Below, piece by piece: positions 35,785 through 45,853 of a stretch of DNA of 64,000 bases; the first letter of the stretch is position 1; each line of letters opens with the position of its first letter. Made by a program: the position numbers and the translations under genes. Where the stretch lies: the NCBI GenBank assembly GCA_963787465.1, contig CAWBDD010000025.1, positions 4,306 through 68,305 of the forward strand, written 5' to 3'. Source of the stretch: an uncultured Thermoplasmata archaeon. GTDB taxonomy: Archaea > Thermoplasmatota > Thermoplasmata > UBA10834. Below the pieces are notes generated by a model. The model worked only from the letters and a program-made list of their open reading frames with translations, had not been told where the DNA came from and made no database searches.

Positions 35785-36552
35785 GTGGGCGGGCGCAAGT
35801 CATTCGACCGCGTCGCGGAGATCTACGACGACACGAGGGGGCTCCCTCCCGACATCATGACCTCGGTCCTCGACGCGATGGAGGAGGTAGTGCGCAAGGA
35901 CAGGAAGGTGCTCGACGCCGGGACCGGCACGGGCAGGTTCTCCGTCCCCCTCCAGGCGAGGGGGTTCGACGTCATCGGAATCGACATATCGATGCGCATG
36001 CTGGAGAAGGCGAGGGCGAAGGGCGCCACCGGCCTGATGAGGGGGGACCTGTGCGCCCTCCCGTTCAGGGACCGCTCGTTCGGCGCCGCCGTGAGCGTCC
36101 ACGTCATGCACCTCATCTCCACGTGGAGATGCGCCCTGGGCGAGGTGGCCAGGGTGACCGACAGGATGTTCGTCTCGGTCTCCACCGTGAGGGACGACGA
36201 CTCACCGTACGAGCGGCTGAGGACGCGTTACGACAAGGCGTGCGCGGACCGCGGGCACGCGGTCATGCATCCGGGGCTCAGGGAGCGCGAGCTGTCCAAC
36301 TTCCTGGCGCCCGATGAGGCAAGGCGCATAGCGACCAACATCCATGTGTTCGAGACCGCCAATGTCCTCGAGAGGTTCGGCAGCAGGATCTTCTCCGACC
36401 AGTGGGATGTCCCGGAGGAGGTGCACTCGGCGGCTGTCGACGAGCTCAGGAAGGAGTACGCCGGCGTCCCGACGCTCGAGAACAGGGAGGAGATCTCCCT
36501 CCTGGTATGGGACATGGACCGGGTCAGGGAGTTCCTCTCGGCCGACGGCTGA
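35785..36552 (+). CDS. Class I SAM-dependent methyltransferase
   Basis: VLDAGTGTG, GIDIS..ML and LPF.D.SF. Confidence 0.9.
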   Translation: MGGRKSFDRVAEIYDDTRGLPPDIMTSVLDAMEEVVRKDRKVLDAGTGTGRFSVPLQARGFDVIGIDISMRMLEKARAKGATGLMRGDLCALPFRDRSFGAAVSVHVMHLISTWRCALGEVARVTDRMFVSVSTVRDDDSPYERLRTRYDKACADRGHAVMHPGLRERELSNFLAPDEARRIATNIHVFETANVLERFGSRIFSDQWDVPEEVHSAAVDELRKEYAGVPTLENREEISLLVWDMDRVREFLSADG

Positions 36553-36655
36553 CAAAGCACTTTCGGCTGCCTGTGGTCCAGAGATTTATATGCCGACGTG
36601 GGGTTCACGTCCCTAGCAGCACAGAAGGGAAACGGCTGCTCAAAGGGGGATTATA

Positions 36656-37975
36656 GTGCAGATAGAGAATCTAGCGCCCCATGTTCAGGAGATCGCCAGG
36701 GCGCTCGGGGACAAGTTGTCGGAAGAGGAGATCGTCGAGGAACTCCGCAAGTGCGTGGACGTCTACAAGCTCAGCATACCCGTGGCCAAGAGGACCATAG
36801 TCAAGAGGCACGGGGGGGACCCTGAGGGGTTCTCTGCAGGGTTCCAGAGGAAGCTCGCGGAGCTCAGGCCGAGCGAGCCCAACGTGGACTTCGTCGCGAG
36901 GGTCCTGTCGGCCACGGAGAAGGAGATCACCGCCAAGGGCGAGAAGAAGAGGATCATCTACGGGCTGATCGGGGACGACTCGACCACGCTGCCATACACC
37001 GCGTGGGAGATCGAGGGGCTGCAGCTCGCCAAGGGTGAGGTCATCTCGGTCAGAGGGGCCTACACCAAGGAGTACCAGGGGAGGGTCCAGGTCAACTTCG
37101 GCAACCGCGTCACGATCAAGAAGGAGGACCCTTCGACGATAACGGACGTGCAGGTCGCTTCGGGGCCGCCCAAGGTCGTCACCGTGGGGCAGCTCAGGGA
37201 GAGCATGGGGTTCGTCGAGGTCAAGGGGCGCATCCTCTCGGTCGAGGAGCGGGAGGTCCCCGTCCAGGGCCAGCAGAAGAGGATATTCTCAGGGGTCATG
37301 GCCGACGAGACTGGCAAGGTCCCGTTCACGGCGTGGTCCGACTTCAAGCTCAAGCAGGACGAGGTCGTCAGGGTGTCCCGGGGGGTCGTGAAGTCCTACC
37401 GGGGCGTGCCGCAGCTCAGCTTCGACGAGCGCGCGGAGGTCATAAGGGTCAAGGAGAAGTTCCCCAGCGCCGAGGAGCTCAAGAGGACCGGCGCGAAGAT
37501 GATAGGCGAGGTCGCCCAGGCCGGAGGCGCGAGCGATGTCACCGTCAAGGGGATAATAATAGAGGTGCGGGACGGTTCCGGCCTCATCATGCGCTGCCCG
37601 GAGTGCAAGCGCGCCCTCCAGAAGGGCACGTGCAAGATACACGGCCGCGTCGACGGGACGCCCGACCTGCGGGTCAAGGCGACCCTCGACGACGGGAGCG
37701 GGGCGGTCGGCGTCGTGTTCGGGAGGGACATCACCGAGAGGCTGCTCGAGACGACCCTCGACGAGTGCATCCAGAAGGCGAAGCAGTCCATGAACTTCGA
37801 CTACCTCAAGGATGTCATGGACGAGAGGCTCACCTTCAAGGCCATGACCGCGACCGGGAACATCACGGCTGACACGTACGGCCTTTCGATGATCGTAAGG
37901 GACGCGGCCTACCACAAGGAGGACATCCGGCCCGAGGTCGAGAAACTCCTGGTGGAACTGGAGGGAGCCGAATGA
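36656..37975 (+). CDS. rpa: Replication protein A large subunit (OB folds plus Zn finger)
   Basis: Repeated D.TG...FTAW OB folds; CPEC...C..H zinc finger; DLRVKATLDDGSG. Confidence 0.9.
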   Translation: MQIENLAPHVQEIARALGDKLSEEEIVEELRKCVDVYKLSIPVAKRTIVKRHGGDPEGFSAGFQRKLAELRPSEPNVDFVARVLSATEKEITAKGEKKRIIYGLIGDDSTTLPYTAWEIEGLQLAKGEVISVRGAYTKEYQGRVQVNFGNRVTIKKEDPSTITDVQVASGPPKVVTVGQLRESMGFVEVKGRILSVEEREVPVQGQQKRIFSGVMADETGKVPFTAWSDFKLKQDEVVRVSRGVVKSYRGVPQLSFDERAEVIRVKEKFPSAEELKRTGAKMIGEVAQAGGASDVTVKGIIIEVRDGSGLIMRCPECKRALQKGTCKIHGRVDGTPDLRVKATLDDGSGAVGVVFGRDITERLLETTLDECIQKAKQSMNFDYLKDVMDERLTFKAMTATGNITADTYGLSMIVRDAAYHKEDIRPEVEKLLVELEGAE

Positions 37976-38892
37976 ACCTCCGCGAGGTCGCATGGCGCGT
38001 CTTCGCCGAGGAGTACAACTCATCGACGCTGGAGCACACGGGCGAGGGGGAGAAGCCCGTGTCGTACATCGTCACCCCTCTGGGGGCGAAGGTCAACAGG
38101 ATGCTCGTCGTCGGCGTGGTGACCGACATCGAGGACATGGGAGAGCCGGGGAAGCCCAGATTCAGGGCCAGGGTCACGGACCCCACCGGCACGTTCTACA
38201 TCTCCGCAGGGGAGTTCCAGCCGGCCGCCGCCGCGGCGCTCTCCAAGATCGAGCCGCCCGCGTTCGCGGCGATCGTCGGGAAGAGCAGGGCGTACACCCC
38301 CGAGGAGGGCGTGAAGTACCTGAGCATCAGGCCCGAGCGCATCGCGGTCGTGGACGCCGAGGCGAGGGACATGTGGGTCCTGGAGACCGCCAAGAGCACG
38401 CTGAGGCGGGCGGAGGCGCTCAAGGACGCGACGAAGATGGCGCAGCCGACCGTCTCCGAGCTCGTCAAGCTCGGGCACCCGGAGAACCTCGCTGACGGCG
38501 TCGTGCGCGCGCTCGAGCACTACAGGGACGTGGACATCGACAGGTTCAGGAGGAGCGCCGCGGACGCACTGAGGACCATCCTGCCGGACATCGGGCCCCG
38601 GAGGGCCGATGCACCCGAGAGGCAGGCGCCTGCGGCCAAGGGCCGGCCCGAGGACAAGGCAGTCAAGGGCGAGGAGCAGATGCACGAGGTCAAGGTCGGC
38701 GCCGACGAGGAGGAGGTCGTCCTCAAGATCATAGAGTCGCTGGACAAGGGCAAGGGCGCGCCCTGGGACGCGCTCGTCCAGGCCGCAACCGGGAAGAAGA
38801 TCGACAAGATCCGCCTGGAGGAGGTCGTCGCGAGCCTGCTCGACAAGGGGGACGTCTACGAGCCCGAGCTCGGGATGATGAAACGGATCTGA
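37972..38892 (+). CDS. RPA-associated protein (RPA32-like OB fold plus winged helix)
   Basis: REVAWRVFAEE, TPLGAKVNR and DPTGTF; C-terminal LL.KG.VYEP; overlaps the rpa stop. Confidence 0.88.
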   Translation: MNLREVAWRVFAEEYNSSTLEHTGEGEKPVSYIVTPLGAKVNRMLVVGVVTDIEDMGEPGKPRFRARVTDPTGTFYISAGEFQPAAAAALSKIEPPAFAAIVGKSRAYTPEEGVKYLSIRPERIAVVDAEARDMWVLETAKSTLRRAEALKDATKMAQPTVSELVKLGHPENLADGVVRALEHYRDVDIDRFRRSAADALRTILPDIGPRRADAPERQAPAAKGRPEDKAVKGEEQMHEVKVGADEEEVVLKIIESLDKGKGAPWDALVQAATGKKIDKIRLEEVVASLLDKGDVYEPELGMMKRI

Positions 38893-39052
38893 GAGGAGTA
38901 TGAAGGGGTTCGCCGGGATCCGCTCGGCCCGGTAGAAGTCGCCCCTCGACACCGCGACGAGGGTCGGGCCTATGACCGTCGGGACGGTGAACAGCCCGCG
39001 AGAATAGGGTTGAAGGGGGTTAGGGGTTTGGACCGCGACGGACCGTGCAGGT

Positions 39053-39547
39053 TCAGTCGAAGTCCTTCTTGGACACGGCGACCAGTACCAGACCGACGAA
39101 CGCCAGTATGCTCCCGATCATGTACGGCCCGAAGCAGAACAGGCCGAGGACGCCGCCCAGGATGACGATGCCGAACTTCTTCCTCTGGATCCCGAAGACC
39201 CCACCCAGCAAGGCTATGAGTCCAAGGATCAGGAAGATGGCGCCGCAGATGGTCAGCAGGTCATCGAGCGTGTCGAGTGCCCCTCCCAGGCCCGTTATGC
39301 CGTAGTCCTCCAAGTCGTTGACGTCCACGGCCATGATCATCGCACCCATCGCGAGCCCGATGATGCCCGCCACGAGGATGAATACCCCGCCAAGCAGCGA
39401 CACCATGCCCTTCTCGTGCTTCACAGGCGCGGCCGCCACCCTGTAGTCACGTCCGCAGTATTGGCAGACATTCGCGTCGAACGCTATGGAGCGCCCGCAC
39501 GACACACAGTTCCTTGTTTGAGTGTTCCCAACCGGAGCTGAAGACAT
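39053..39547 (-). CDS. Zinc-ribbon plus Gly-rich multi-TM membrane protein
   Basis: CVSCGR...CQYCG followed by 3-4 TM helices. Confidence 0.8.
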   Translation of the reverse strand: MSSAPVGNTQTRNCVSCGRSIAFDANVCQYCGRDYRVAAAPVKHEKGMVSLLGGVFILVAGIIGLAMGAMIMAVDVNDLEDYGITGLGGALDTLDDLLTICGAIFLILGLIALLGGVFGIQRKKFGIVILGGVLGLFCFGPYMIGSILAFVGLVLVAVSKKDFD

Positions 39548-39667
39548 AGTTCACCTTACCGTTTCAGAAGCGGGGGTGTTTCCCCGCGCCCTGGTAATGT
39601 AAACTGTTTGAATATATATATTGTTTACGATGATTTACTGGCTGAAGGGCCTGAGCTCCCTTTTCGG

Positions 39668-40174
39668 TCAGTCGAACTCGTCCCTTGACATGGCCACCAG
39701 TATGAGGCCGACCAGTGCCAGGACGGAGCCTATCACGAACCCTATCCCGAGGAGGCCGAATATTCCTCCGATGATGGCCAGGGCGAAGTGCTTCCTCATG
39801 ATCCCGAAGAACCCGCCGAGCAGGGCGATGACCCCGAACACGATCACGATTATCCCGCAGGTCCCGAGCACCGCCTCGACATCGTCCCAGGTCATGTCCT
39901 CTGGCAATGTGCCCGTACTCTGCATGTCTGCCTGGCCGATCGTGAGGACCAGCAGCCCCATGAACAGCGCTGTCAGTGCTGCAATCACGATCAGGATCCC
40001 GCCGACTACGGGCTTCAGACTCTTCGGCTTGGATGGCGCGAACGCCGGGACGCGATAGTCGCGCCCGCAGTACGGGCACACGTTCGCCGCGAAGTCTATG
40101 GCCCTGCCGCACGAGACGCATTGGCGTGTGAATTGCGTCGGCGACGGCGCGGATGTCGGAATCGAGCTCTCCAT
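39668..40174 (-). CDS. Zinc-ribbon plus Gly-rich multi-TM membrane protein, tandem paralog
   Basis: CVSCGR...CPYCG; colinear similarity to 39053-39547. Confidence 0.8.
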   Translation of the reverse strand: MESSIPTSAPSPTQFTRQCVSCGRAIDFAANVCPYCGRDYRVPAFAPSKPKSLKPVVGGILIVIAALTALFMGLLVLTIGQADMQSTGTLPEDMTWDDVEAVLGTCGIIVIVFGVIALLGGFFGIMRKHFALAIIGGIFGLLGIGFVIGSVLALVGLILVAMSRDEFD

Positions 40175-40240
40175 GACGTTCCATTCCCCTTCTAGGCCAG
40201 TCTGGCCGAGATCGACGTCGCGAACCGCCTTGTCGATATA

Positions 40241-40820
40241 TCATGGTTGCTGAGGTTTTCCCGACACGGGCGCTGGACCCGCGAGCGAAGGCTTCTTCCT
40301 GACCGGCCCATCCTGTATGGCGAAGATCATGTGCGCGAACATCAAGGAGAGGGCCATTCCGGCCACCAGCCCGGTCACCAGCCTCAGGGGGTTGTTCGAC
40401 ACGTACTCGGTCACAAGCTGCAGCCCGCCGTCTATCGCCATCGGGACGAGCCCGATGAGCACGAGGACCGGGTGTATCCTGATGGCGATGAACGTGCGCG
40501 ACGCCGAACCCCGCGGCCAGGCCCAGGAACAGGCCCAGGTCCCGCACGCAGAACGGCATCTGGTTGCCGTTGAGGAAGAGGCTCCTGTTGGCCATCTGGT
40601 GGCACTCACCGTCGCCGATCCAGTAGACGGCATGGGGCAGCGGGCCGATGGAATCGAACTGATCATCGTTGTCGTGCGTGCCCACGGTCCCGCTCAGGTC
40701 CGTCAGCGTGCCGTGCGGCACCATCAGCGGAGCCGTGACCACGAGCGCGGCCCAGAATGTCGTCGCCGCGAATACGGTCAGCACGACCTTGCTCGTTATC
40801 CTTGGAAGACGGAACCTCAA
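40241..40820 (-). CDS. DUF2085 family membrane protein (one frameshift near 40496)
   Basis: CHQ..RS...G.QMPFC.R in the 5' frame; PMAIDGGLQ...SNNPLRLVTG in the next frame. Confidence 0.8.
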
Positions 40821-40834
40821 GCCAGCCCCTCACA

Positions 40835-41656
40835 TCACTTCTTCGAGAACGCCACCGAGGCGTACCCCACGACATCGCGCATGGGCCTCACGTCGCCGGA
40901 CGTGGCGTACTTCAGGACCTCCACCTCGGCGCCTCTGCATGCGGTCATGGTCGCCATAACCGGCCCGTACCCGCACATGGAGATGTTCTCGGCCCTGACG
41001 ACGTCGAACAGCCGCTTCGGGTCCATCGTCCGTATGGTCTCAAGGGCGAGCCCGTCCTTCGCCCTCGCGGTGGCCGCGGTGACGTAGTGGGAGAGGTCGG
41101 TCGACGCTATGACGACGGCGTCCCTCCCCTTGAGCGCGTCGCGGACGACCTCGCCCACGGACTTGGCGGCGTCATAGTCCTGGAAGCCCATGCAGATCGG
41201 GACGAACCTGAAATCGTCCGTCAGGGACTGGATGAACGGGAGCTGGACCTCGATCGAGTGTTCGTGCAAGTGGGCCGTCGCGTCGTCGTCCACCAGGTCC
41301 CTGTGGACCGCCTTCGCGACCTCATGGTCCACCTTCGCGACACCCATGGGCGTCTGAAAATCCTCCATCGTCACCGCGATGCCTGACCCTTGCCCCGTGT
41401 GGTTCGGCCCTATGATGACGAACGTGGCCGGCACGCCGTCGTCGGCGATCCTCGAGTAGAGGTGCGCCGCGACCGGACCTGAGAACATGTAGCCCGCGTG
41501 CGGCGCGATCCCGCCGACGATCCGCCTCGGGCCCTTCCCCTTCACTTCGGGGACCTTCCCAGGTCCCAGAGGCCCGGTGAAACACCGTCCGACTTCCTCC
41601 CGGAGACCGCGCTCATCGCCAGAGTAGAACTGACCTGCAACAGCCGCGTGACGCAT
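40835..41656 (-). CDS. MEMO1 family / AmmeMemoRadiSam protein B
   Basis: AVAGQFY, PHAGY.FSG, GPNHTG, EHSIEVQLPF and STDLSHY. Confidence 0.93.
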   Translation of the reverse strand: MRHAAVAGQFYSGDERGLREEVGRCFTGPLGPGKVPEVKGKGPRRIVGGIAPHAGYMFSGPVAAHLYSRIADDGVPATFVIIGPNHTGQGSGIAVTMEDFQTPMGVAKVDHEVAKAVHRDLVDDDATAHLHEHSIEVQLPFIQSLTDDFRFVPICMGFQDYDAAKSVGEVVRDALKGRDAVVIASTDLSHYVTAATARAKDGLALETIRTMDPKRLFDVVRAENISMCGYGPVMATMTACRGAEVEVLKYATSGDVRPMRDVVGYASVAFSKK

Positions 41657-41725
41657 GGCCTCCTCACGCCCTGGTGAAGATAGCTTCCGCTTGGTTCTAG
41701 AACTTGTCGGTCGGCCCGTAGCTGC

Positions 41726-42367
41726 TCAGAGCGACGCCTCGAAATCCTCGACGGTCATCTTGAAGTCTTCGTCGGAGGCGATCTGGCCCCTCGCCTTCTG
41801 GATCTCCCTCGTGAGGAGCCAATACACGGTGGCGAGGGCGCGTCTGCCCTTGTTGTTCGACGGGACCACCAGGTCGACGAACCTGGTCTCGTTGTTGGCG
41901 TCGCATATGCCGACGATCGGTATGCCGACGTTCAGGGCCTCCCTGAGGGCCTGCTCGTCCGCTGCCGGGTCCGTAACCAAGAGGATTTCGGGCTCGATGA
42001 ACTTCGGAAGGATCGGGTTGGTGAGCGAACCGGGTATGAACCTGCCCGCGATCACAGTCGCCCCAAGGGTCTTCGCGAAGATCTTCGCGGGCTTCTGGCC
42101 GTACTGCCTCGCGGAGACCACGAGGATCTTCGACGGGTCGTACTTGGCGAGAAGCTTCGAAGCGACGCGGATGCGCTCGTCCGTCTTCTTGACATCGAGG
42201 ACGTAGAGACCGTCGCTCCTGACCTTGAAGATGAACTCCTTCATGTCCGCGCTCTTCTGCTGTGTCCCGATGTGAACGCCAGATGTCAGGTAGACATCCT
42301 CGGGGATGAGAAGCCGCGATTCTGGTTCTTCCTGTTCGACCTCTGTCTCGACAACCGCCTCGTCCAT
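41726..42367 (-). CDS. rps2: 30S ribosomal protein S2 (archaeal uS2)
   Basis: [24 protein letters not shown] and [10 protein letters not shown]. Confidence 0.97.
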   Translation of the reverse strand: MDEAVVETEVEQEEPESRLLIPEDVYLTSGVHIGTQQKSADMKEFIFKVRSDGLYVLDVKKTDERIRVASKLLAKYDPSKILVVSARQYGQKPAKIFAKTLGATVIAGRFIPGSLTNPILPKFIEPEILLVTDPAADEQALREALNVGIPIVGICDANNETRFVDLVVPSNNKGRRALATVYWLLTREIQKARGQIASDEDFKMTVEDFEASL

Positions 42368-42380
42368 CGTGATTCCTCGT

Positions 42381-42554
42381 TCAGCTCTCTCTCTTGACAG
42401 TCATTGGGATGACCCCGCGCTCGTACTCGGTCATGGCGATCACGATGGGATCGATGACCTGGTCCTCGAGCTGCACCAGCACCGGCGAGCCCATGCTTAT
42501 CTGCAGAGCACGCGCGCCGATTATCCTCGCCCTCTCGAATCTGGTGTACTTCAA
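42381..42554 (-). CDS. rpoK: RNA polymerase subunit K (Rpo6), 57 aa
   Basis: Manual translation [26 protein letters not shown]...IPMTVKRES; below the ORF-track cutoff; directly upstream of rps2. Confidence 0.95.
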   Translation of the reverse strand: MKYTRFERARIIGARALQISMGSPVLVQLEDQVIDPIVIAMTEYERGVIPMTVKRES

Positions 42555-42595
42555 GGTCGCATCCTCTATGGGGGTATCCCCTAAAATGTGACCCC

Positions 42596-42604
42596 TTTAT
42601 ATAC
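42596..42604 (-). promoter_or_regulatory. TATA box of the rpoK-rps2 operon
   Basis: Minus-strand GTATATAAA about 40 nt upstream of the rpoK start. Confidence 0.65.
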
Positions 42605-42685
42605 GTTTGGGGTGGGCAGGGGCCGCAGGCCTCGGCCGATGGACGGACACGCACGTACCACTAGTCGTCCGACCGATGTCGACGG

Positions 42686-43060
42686 CTACGCCGTGCCCCT
42701 GGACTTGCGCAGGGACAGGAAGAGTATGAATATGCCGATCCAGACGATGAACGCGACGGCCAGCAACGGGAAGCTCCCCGGGTACTGCCTGTTCAGGAGC
42801 CACATCGCCCCAACGATGAACATGGTGGCACCCCAGAACACGTAGAAGGGCGAGTTCATCCTCGTCGGCCTCCCCCCGACCTCTCCAGGGCGCATGACTG
42901 CGCCGAGGACTAGGTAGAAACCGCCCGCACCGAGCAGGAACACTGGCACGAACAGCCACCAGTCGTCCGTCATCCATGAGATCAGGAGCGAGAGGGCGAA
43001 GACTATCAGGAGCGCACCGATGGATGCGGTCTCGAAGCCGCTCTGACGCTGACCGTTCAT
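42686..43060 (-). CDS. Small 4-TM hypothetical membrane protein
   Basis: Four hydrophobic segments in 124 aa. Confidence 0.7.
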   Translation of the reverse strand: MNGQRQSGFETASIGALLIVFALSLLISWMTDDWWLFVPVFLLGAGGFYLVLGAVMRPGEVGGRPTRMNSPFYVFWGATMFIVGAMWLLNRQYPGSFPLLAVAFIVWIGIFILFLSLRKSRGTA

Positions 43061-43291
43061 CTCTTGTCCACCCAGCTGTTGTCATGGAGTCGGGGGCTTA
43101 AGTGCTTTGCCAGGGGATTCCGAGTGTGCAGCACCTGATGGACGCGCGGAAGGGGCTCGGAGGGGTGAATCCTTCCGGTTATCGTACCCATGTGTTCGAA
43201 ATCGGCAACTATTCCGGGTTCTTATTGCCGTGAAACCACAATCGATTTATCAATCATGAGCTTACGGGTCAAACAAGGGAGTGATATTAGC

Positions 43292-44638
43292 ATGGCAAAG
43301 GTCCCGAACATCAAGGTAGAGCCTCCGGGCCCGGAGGCCAAGAAGGCCGTCGCCAAGGACGACAAGTTCCTCGTCAAGGCGACGAAGAGCGCACCACTGG
43401 TCTTCAAGAAGGCCGAGAACGCCGTCATCGAGGACATCGATGGGAACACGTACATTGACTTCTACGCTGGCGTCGGCGTGCTGAACGTCGGCGCGAGGCA
43501 CCCGAAGGTCGTCGCAGCTATCCACGACCAGGTCGAGAAGTACACGCACGTGGCGGGCACGGACTTCTACTGCAAGCTCCAGAACGAGCTCGCCGAGAGG
43601 CTGGCCAAGTCCACCCCCGGCAAGAACGAGAAGATGGTGTTCTTCGCGAACACGGGCGCCGAGTCCTACGAGTCGGCGATCAAGATTGCGAAGAGGGCCA
43701 CGGGCAAGCAGTGCCTCATGGACTTCCTTGGAGCGTTCCACGGCAGGACCACCGGCGCGATGAGCATGACCGCCTCGAAGTGGGTCCAGAGGGAGGGCTA
43801 CACCGCCACCCTCATGCCTGGCGTCGTTCCACGTGCCCTACGCGTACTGCTACAGGTGCATCTACAACCTCGAGTACCCAAGAGCTGTGGGATGTACTGC
43901 GCCAAGGTCATCGAGGACGTCTACTTCGAGAACCAGATCCCGCCGAACGACCTCGCCGCGATAAGCATGGAGGTCGTCCAGGGAGAGGGCGGATATGTCG
44001 TGCCTCCGAAGGAGTTCGTCAAGATGGTCTTCGACCTCACGAGGAAGTACAAGTGCCTGTTCATCGACGACGAGGTCCAGAGCGGCATGGGCAGGACCGG
44101 CAAGATGTGGGCATGCGAGCACTTCGATGTCGCGCCTGACATCATCTGCAGCGCCAAGTCGCTCGGCGGCGGGCTGCCGATATCCGCGACGATCGTGGAT
44201 GCCAAGCTCAACTTCGACAGGTACGGCCGCCACTCGAACACCTTCGGCGGCGCATCGCTCTCGCACGCGTCGGCACTCGCGACCCTCGACGTCATGAAGG
44301 AGGAGAAGCTCCTGGAGAGGGGGACGAAGCTCGGTGCCTCGATGAAGAAGCGCCTGATCGAGATGCAGGACAAGTACGAGATCATCGGCGACACGAGAGG
44401 CCTCGGCATGATGCTGGCCCACGAGTTCGTCCAGGACAGGAAGTCCAAGAAGAACGCGGCCAAGAGCAGGGACGCGATCTCGGACATGGCCTTCAAGAAG
44501 GGGCTGGTCCTGCTGCCATGCGGCAAGTCCAACATCAGGTACATCCCGCCGCTGACCATCCCTGAGGACCAGGTCGCGACCGCGATGGACATCCTCGAGG
44601 ACTGCATCAAGGTCGTCAACAAGAACAGGGCCGAGTGA
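43292..44638 (+). CDS. Class III PLP aminotransferase (4-aminobutyrate/ornithine type); compensating frameshift pair
   Basis: DIDGNTYIDF, GAFHGRT, DDEVQSGMGRTG and SAKSLGGG. The segment HVPYAYCYRC..NLEYP is out of frame at about 43828-43880. Confidence 0.92.
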   Translation: MAKVPNIKVEPPGPEAKKAVAKDDKFLVKATKSAPLVFKKAENAVIEDIDGNTYIDFYAGVGVLNVGARHPKVVAAIHDQVEKYTHVAGTDFYCKLQNELAERLAKSTPGKNEKMVFFANTGAESYESAIKIAKRATGKQCLMDFLGAFHGRTTGAMSMTASKWVQREGYTATLMPGVVPRALRVLLQVHLQPRVPKSCGMYCAKVIEDVYFENQIPPNDLAAISMEVVQGEGGYVVPPKEFVKMVFDLTRKYKCLFIDDEVQSGMGRTGKMWACEHFDVAPDIICSAKSLGGGLPISATIVDAKLNFDRYGRHSNTFGGASLSHASALATLDVMKEEKLLERGTKLGASMKKRLIEMQDKYEIIGDTRGLGMMLAHEFVQDRKSKKNAAKSRDAISDMAFKKGLVLLPCGKSNIRYIPPLTIPEDQVATAMDILEDCIKVVNKNRAE

Positions 44639-44664
44639 AGGCGAAACCCCAACAATCGATTTCA

Positions 44665-44705
44665 AGGCCCCGGCAAGAGCCGGGGCCTACCCTTCTCATT
44701 TCCTC
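44665..44705 (+). terminator. Hairpin plus pyrimidine tract after the aminotransferase gene
   Basis: Perfect 10-bp stem AGGCCCCGGC-AAGA-GCCGGGGCCT, then a C/T-rich run. Confidence 0.6.
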
Positions 44706-44860
44706 CACCGTCAGCCACGGCATCCCACCGGAGCAGGTGAAAGTGATCCACCTCACGCGGTCCCCCCCGAAGAGGGAGGAGCGCCACGAGACCGAGGCGC
44801 GGCGAAATCCCGACAGTTGGCTCGAAAGTTATTTCATTGGCGACCTTCTCCACCATACTC

Positions 44861-45826
44861 ATGGGGAACCTGAACGTCGCCGTCCTCGGGGCGCCCGATT
44901 ACGCGAAGGGCCTGGGTAAGAAGTCCACCTCCTCCGACTTCACGTTCTATGATGTGAAGCAAGGCGAGAACACGGTCACCTTCGCCGAGCCGACGAAGTA
45001 CCCTGACAAGGTCGCCTCGCTCTTCTACGTGGCATCCATGGCGGACACCGCACTGGTTGTCGTCGACACCATCGACTACGTGCTGGGGGAGATCATCGTC
45101 ATGCTCGACGCGCTCGGGCTCAAGGACGGGAGCATCATCCTCAGGAACTACATCACCGAGGAACAGATCAGACCCCTCCTCAAGGGCACGGCCGCGGAGG
45201 GATATGCGATCATCCAGGACGACCTGAACGCCATCAGGGGAGCGTACCTCGACCGCGCGGCCATCGTCGGCAAGGCGGGACCAGAGGACCTAGATGCCGG
45301 CAAAGGGACGGTGCCCATCGACCATCACTTCGACGTGCGTGGCGTCGGGACGGTAGCCCTGGCGACGGTCGTGCGCGGGTCCATCCGGAAGCACGACGAG
45401 GTCAGGGTGCTCCCAGGCGACAAGACGGCTGAGATAAGGTCCATCCAGAAGCATGACGACGATGCCGACTGGGCGGTCCGAGGCGACAGAGTCGGGTTGG
45501 CGCTCAAGAACATCTCGAACGAGGACCTGGACAGGGGGATCGTGCTCACGAACGACGACGGGGTCACCTGCTCCAGCAAGCTGACCGGGACCATCCATCT
45601 CTCCAAGTACTTCCGCGCGCCGCTCAAGCAGGGGACCGTCATACACCTCGGCCATTGGATGCAGCTCGTGCCGGCGAGGATGGACACCGCGGAACCAGTG
45701 GACGGCGGGATCAAGGCCTCGCTGACCCTGGAGAAACCCCTCGTCCACGGCAAGGGCGAATCCGCCGTGGTCACATACCTCGAGGGCGGGAAGCTCAGGG
45801 TCGCGGGAAGGATCGGGCTGGCCTGA
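44861..45826 (+). CDS. Archaeal SelB-like (aSelBL) EF-Tu domain II/III protein with degenerate G domain
   Basis: LGKKSTSSDFTFYD, IDHHFDVRGVGTV, IRSIQKHD and GDRVGLALK; no canonical P-loop. Confidence 0.85.
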   Translation: MGNLNVAVLGAPDYAKGLGKKSTSSDFTFYDVKQGENTVTFAEPTKYPDKVASLFYVASMADTALVVVDTIDYVLGEIIVMLDALGLKDGSIILRNYITEEQIRPLLKGTAAEGYAIIQDDLNAIRGAYLDRAAIVGKAGPEDLDAGKGTVPIDHHFDVRGVGTVALATVVRGSIRKHDEVRVLPGDKTAEIRSIQKHDDDADWAVRGDRVGLALKNISNEDLDRGIVLTNDDGVTCSSKLTGTIHLSKYFRAPLKQGTVIHLGHWMQLVPARMDTAEPVDGGIKASLTLEKPLVHGKGESAVVTYLEGGKLRVAGRIGLA

Positions 45827-45853
45827 TACGGGCCCTCTGAGTCTAGCCTCCGA

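Noticed and set aside
38893-39000. Coding-like minus-strand fragment (RGLFTVPTVIGPTLVAVSRGDFY...)
   Set aside because: No credible start or recognisable homology, and it runs into an antisense shadow frame. At most a gene remnant.
44861-45826. True SelB implying selenocysteine use
   Set aside because: No P-loop and no domain IV; I saw no in-frame TGA or TAG readthrough candidate in the window.
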